From Fistulifera solaris (lineage: Eukaryota): a DNA stretch of 64,000 nucleotides. Made by a program: the position numbers and the translations under genes. How positions within the stretch are numbered: the first letter of the stretch is position 1; each line of letters opens with the position of its first letter. The stretch is taken from NCBI GenBank assembly GCA_030295235.1, contig AP026123.1, forward strand, positions 1,364,001 through 1,428,000, read 5' to 3'. Shown here piece after piece: positions 60,159-64,000 of the stretch. Under the pieces are notes generated by a model, which was not told the origin of the DNA, made no database searches, and worked only from the letters and a program-made list of their open reading frames with translations.

Positions 60159-61125
60159 ATGAAGCGCTTACTAACAATTGCCCTCGCAGCATATCCGGTG
60201 GTGTTTGTATTCGGGTTTGCGCCAAACCTCCCTCCAACGACCCGGTCGACCGTGCGATTGCAAGAATCGAAGGTAAGAGAAAGCAAAGCGCATCGGTGAA
60301 CCCTTCCTACGGATAACTCACGGAACTTGAAAATTCACTCGACCTCTGAAACGAATTGCGTGTCACAGAAAGATCTCGAGACTCTCGCGAACGAATTGAA
60401 CCCTATCATTGGCTTCTACGATCCGATCGGCATTTCGAACAATTTCTTTTGGGATTTAACTGTCGACGAGACGATCGGTTGGCTGCGAGAATCGGAAATC
60501 AAGCACGGTCGGGTAGCCATGGCTGCATGTGTCGGATATTGTGTGCAGAGCGTTTACACGTGGCCCTTCGACAACACATTGTCGGGGAAGCCGTTCCCCT
60601 CGACGACGCTGAGTCCTCCGGAACAGTGGGATGCACTTCCGTTGGGCGCCAAAGTACAGATTTTGCTCTTTATTGGATTTCTAGAGTTCTATGCCGAACT
60701 GTCGCCGCCGCGTCCGGGTGCGCTTCCACATTACACCAAAGGCGGCATCCCAGGAAAGTACCCAACCTTTGACGGCGTCCCACATCCTGTTCCATTCAAC
60801 TTGTACGATCCATTCGGTTTTTCATCCGAAAGAACCAAGGAAGAAAAAAGCTAGAGGCTTACTTTGTGAGATCAACAATGGTCGTCTAGGTAAGTGTTGG
60901 GTGTTATCAATGTTATGGCGAGCCGAGTCTTGCATTGACTAACTCGCACATGTTCTTCGGAATTTCGTAGCCATGATCGGTATAATGTCGGTCCTTTGCG
61001 AGTCAAAAATTCCAGGATCCATTCCAGCGCTCAAAGGATTAGTGAAACCCTATGCGGGACAAGTCATGGCTCCATTTGAGGGGGACTCCGTTTTACCCCA
61101 TATCAGATCTGGGCTGTATCTTTGA
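60159..61125 (+). CDS. Fucoxanthin-chlorophyll a/c-binding protein (Lhcq-type)
   Basis: Signal + VFG-FAP; WLRESEIKHGRVAM; SPPEQWD; EINNGRLAM; PYAGQVMAPF. Introns 60273-60368 and 60890-60970; frameshift in the A-run ~60844. Confidence 0.9.
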
Positions 61126-61245
61126 GGGGCTTTGCAGTAGTTCTTGAGTGAACACACAGAACTAAATAGCACTCATTAAGGTCGTAAAACACCGATTTGT
61201 AACAAAGTGACGTCCGAGTGCTGTAGATCCAATAAGTGGATGATG

Positions 61246-61553
61246 TCGAAATTAGCAATATCCGGGTACCCCTGCAGAGATAAATTTCCTACGGCGGCTA
61301 CGTGAAATACGCCTAGACATTGGAAGCGTCGTATCTTTGTGCTGTATCATGTTTACACTGTCAATCAAAAAGTCGAATATGGCTTCGTGGCTTGCATTAG
61401 CGATGTTGGGCAACGTCTTGTTGACGTTGGTGTCCAAAAGACGCGAAAAATGGTGTGTTCGAAATTGGACAGATATCCGGGTTTCCCTCTGTCGATAAAT
61501 TTCCCTACGAGAGCTACGTGAAATCCACGTAGGCGACCCGAAAGCATTGGTAT
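61246..61553. repeat. ~90-bp diverged direct repeat (213-bp period) upstream of the second LHC gene
   Basis: TCGAAATT..ATATCCGGGT..CCCT..GATAAATTT.CCTACG..GCTACGTGAAAT at 61246-61334 and 61459-61553. Confidence 0.8.
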
Positions 61554-61678
61554 TATTTTGGCGGGCTTCATCGTTTTTCACTCCACTTTTGCTTTCGCCG
61601 ACAAAGCCAATATTTGCGAATAGTATACCAGTACAGATATCACATCTTCTTTCAACTTTCTTATCTAAGAAAACGAAT

Positions 61679-62541
61679 ATGCTGACAAGAAACCTAATAG
61701 CAGCCCTTCTATTGACACCCGTATTGGCATTCATCGGTGATTTCTCCTCCAGCCGACCCGCGACGCGCTTGTGCGAAACCAAGGTACGACTTATCGTTGC
61801 ATGTTCCGTCTATCTAGGATCGTCTTTCTCACCAAATTACAGGCGGATTTGGAAGCGCTCGCGAAACAATTAAATCCTTCAATTGGTTTCTTTGATCCGT
61901 TGGGCTTGGCGAGTGACACCTTTCTGCTTCAAAGCAATGAAGCCACCATCGGTTGGCTTCGTCATTCGGAAATCAAACACGGGCGCGTGGCCATGGCAGC
62001 ATTTGTCGGATATTGCGTACAAAGTGTCTATCATTTTCCCTGGGCGCTGACACTGGATCGACAGTCCTATCCTTCGGTCAACTTGAGTCCACCGGAACAG
62101 TGGGACGCGCTGCCGACCGCGGGCAAATTGCAAATTCTGATTTTTGTGGGATTTTTGGAATTTTTTCTCGGAAGCGGCTCAGCCCGTGCACTACACGAAA
62201 GGTGGAAAGCCGGGAGAATTTCCTCCTTTCCTGGGATCGAAATTAATTCCGCATCCTGTGCCGCTGAATCTCTATGATCCCTTCGGTCAAGCCGCGTCCA
62301 TGGACGAAGAGAAGAAGGCCATTCGATTGCGAGCCGAAATCAACAATGGACGATTAGGTACGTTGAAAAGAGTATTCTGAAGACAAGTGATTGTCAAGGC
62401 GGTCTAATATATCCAATCTGATAATTTACAGCCATGATAGGGATCATGGGCTTTCTGACGGAACAGAAAATCCCAGGCTCTGTGCCTCTGCTCACGGGTA
62501 TTGTCAAACCATACGCGGGAGAAGTCATGTCGCCATTCTAA
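61679..62541 (+). CDS. Fucoxanthin-chlorophyll a/c-binding protein (Lhcq-type), tandem paralogue
   Basis: VLA-FI cleavage motif; WLRHSEIKHGRVAMAAFVGY; AEINNGRLAM. Introns 61784-61842 and 62358-62431 at the same positions as in the upstream copy; frameshift in the T-run ~62161. Confidence 0.9.
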
Positions 62542-62663
62542 ATTTACGATGTCGTAGCATTCTAGTGAATGAGAATCGGTGGCGAGCTATAATAAGTTTG
62601 TTGTAAAGAGTAAACTATCTGTTGAACCGGAACCAGACTCGTGCGAATCGTAACTCTACAGCG

Positions 62664-63765
62664 TCACAACTCGAAACGAGCGCTTCTCTCTTTCAATCCA
62701 TCTTTATGCAAAATGCGAACACTTTCTATTATGATTGGTTGTCCTGTCTGTCGTAGTTGTTGCAGGATGTCGGCCCCACTCACAATTTTCCCCGGACAAG
62801 CAAAGCGTCCTCCATCTTCATAGCCCAGCATAGGAAACAACAAAGTAGGTCCTCGTCCGACCAATCCAAAGGTGTTTTCTCGACAGGGTGCTACGGGTGA
62901 TAGCTCTTCGAACCAAAGTGGTTCACTTCCGTACCCCGCCGTGGCGTATTGACGTTGCAGGGACGAGTGTATCTGTTTCGATGCGCTATGTGGCTCTCCG
63001 CCCGTCACGGCTGGACCTCGATCCGTATTTTTGTATTGCAACGAAGTTCCATCGTACAAGCCGTCGTCGACTAGTTGTAAGAAAGTCCAAATCATATGCG
63101 GCATATCCGCAAAGTCGGTGAACTCAACACGCAGAGACGAATGATCGTGTAGCGTGAGTTCCAACGCGTACGGCGGTACACCGAGCCATTGCACGCATTG
63201 CGCAGCATTCCTCCGCGTGATTGCTGCTTGTAATCGAACCACATCACTCATATCATGACCGTCTGTTGACGCGAGAGATCGCACTTCATCGATTTTCTGT
63301 TGGACCAAAGATCGCGACAAATCGAGCTGCTGTCGCAATGATTCCACTTCTTGTTGCGCTACTCGCTGCACTTGTCGGACTTGTACCGTGCTAGAGCCTA
63401 GTTCACGTTGCAATCGTTTCACTTGTTCGCTTAATTTTAGAATCCTTTCGTCGTAGGCGTCATTTTGCTGCGATACTTTCGACAATTGTTCTCGATTGAG
63501 GTCCAGTTGGTGCTGCAATTCTTCGTTTTGACTCGTTAGTACCGTCTGTGTTTCTAGAAAACGCACCGCATCTTCCCTGACATGCTTGTTCGATAGCTTC
63601 TGCGTGCGTTTCCTGGAGAGACCGAATGGTTTGATTGTGTTGGTGTTCCTTGTCGATCAAGAAAGTGGCGCATTGATTATGAAATAGTTTTACAAAGATG
63701 GAGTAGCCCGCGATTACCGATACTCCCGCTGTTAAAAAATGTGTTGCAGTAGATTTTGACAGCAT
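62664..63765 (-). CDS. TM + coiled-coil protein with degenerate cyclophilin-like C-terminal domain
   Basis: N-terminal TM; long heptad region; MPHMIWTFLQLVDDGLYDGT...FEELS...TFGLVGRGP...ACPGKIVSG.D.L; frameshift ~63575. Confidence 0.6.
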
Positions 63766-64000
63766 ATCATTTAAGAAAACGAAAAGCAATTTGTATTTAT
63801 GAAGAGAAGTAATGAAACATGCAATAATGCGTTGATCTCATTGTTTTTGGGTTTTTACGGGACTGAAATTAAGTTGAGTCGTCACAGAAAGTCGAATACA
63901 GTTAGAACAATAGATAGTTTGAATACTCGCATTTTGTGTACCTTCTCTGTCACAGCGTGAAAGATTCTTGCGCGAGACCGACGAACGACCGACGCACCGC

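Overview
Gene-dense, intron-containing eukaryotic DNA, almost certainly from a diatom: it has two fucoxanthin-chlorophyll protein genes, bipartite signal+ASAF-type plastid presequences and short GT-AG introns. About 30 protein genes are present, mostly housekeeping or metabolic (ASPA, HSP110, CYP51, plastid PGAM, PXMP4, SPF27, NAA25, PPDK, importin-alpha-like, SPT6, two-pore K+ channel, TAF11, SNARE, CPP1, STRAP, C2CD5, ZNF622, PA-RING E3, ASCC2, S10 peptidase, two Lhcq-type LHCs). Many genes carry frameshifts at homopolymer runs, most likely sequencing or assembly errors. The unusual content is intergenic. (1) A dispersed 52-54-nt bipartite element (hairpin TCATGACTG-N5-CAGTCGTGG, variable spacer, ACACTTTGGNCTATAGT) occurs at 7 or more loci on both strands, is tandemly amplified at two loci, and forms probable inverted pairs. 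(2) A higher-order satellite is built from double-palindrome 52-bp monomers. (3) A 182-bp PIF/Harbinger-like MITE has 19-bp TIRs and a TCA target duplication. (4) Two adjacent unrelated nuclear proteins share a C-terminal GRGRG-x-T-[IL]-PAWM motif, and SPT6 has a WG/GW (AGO-hook-like) tail. All gene calls come from motif recognition only; no database searches were run.
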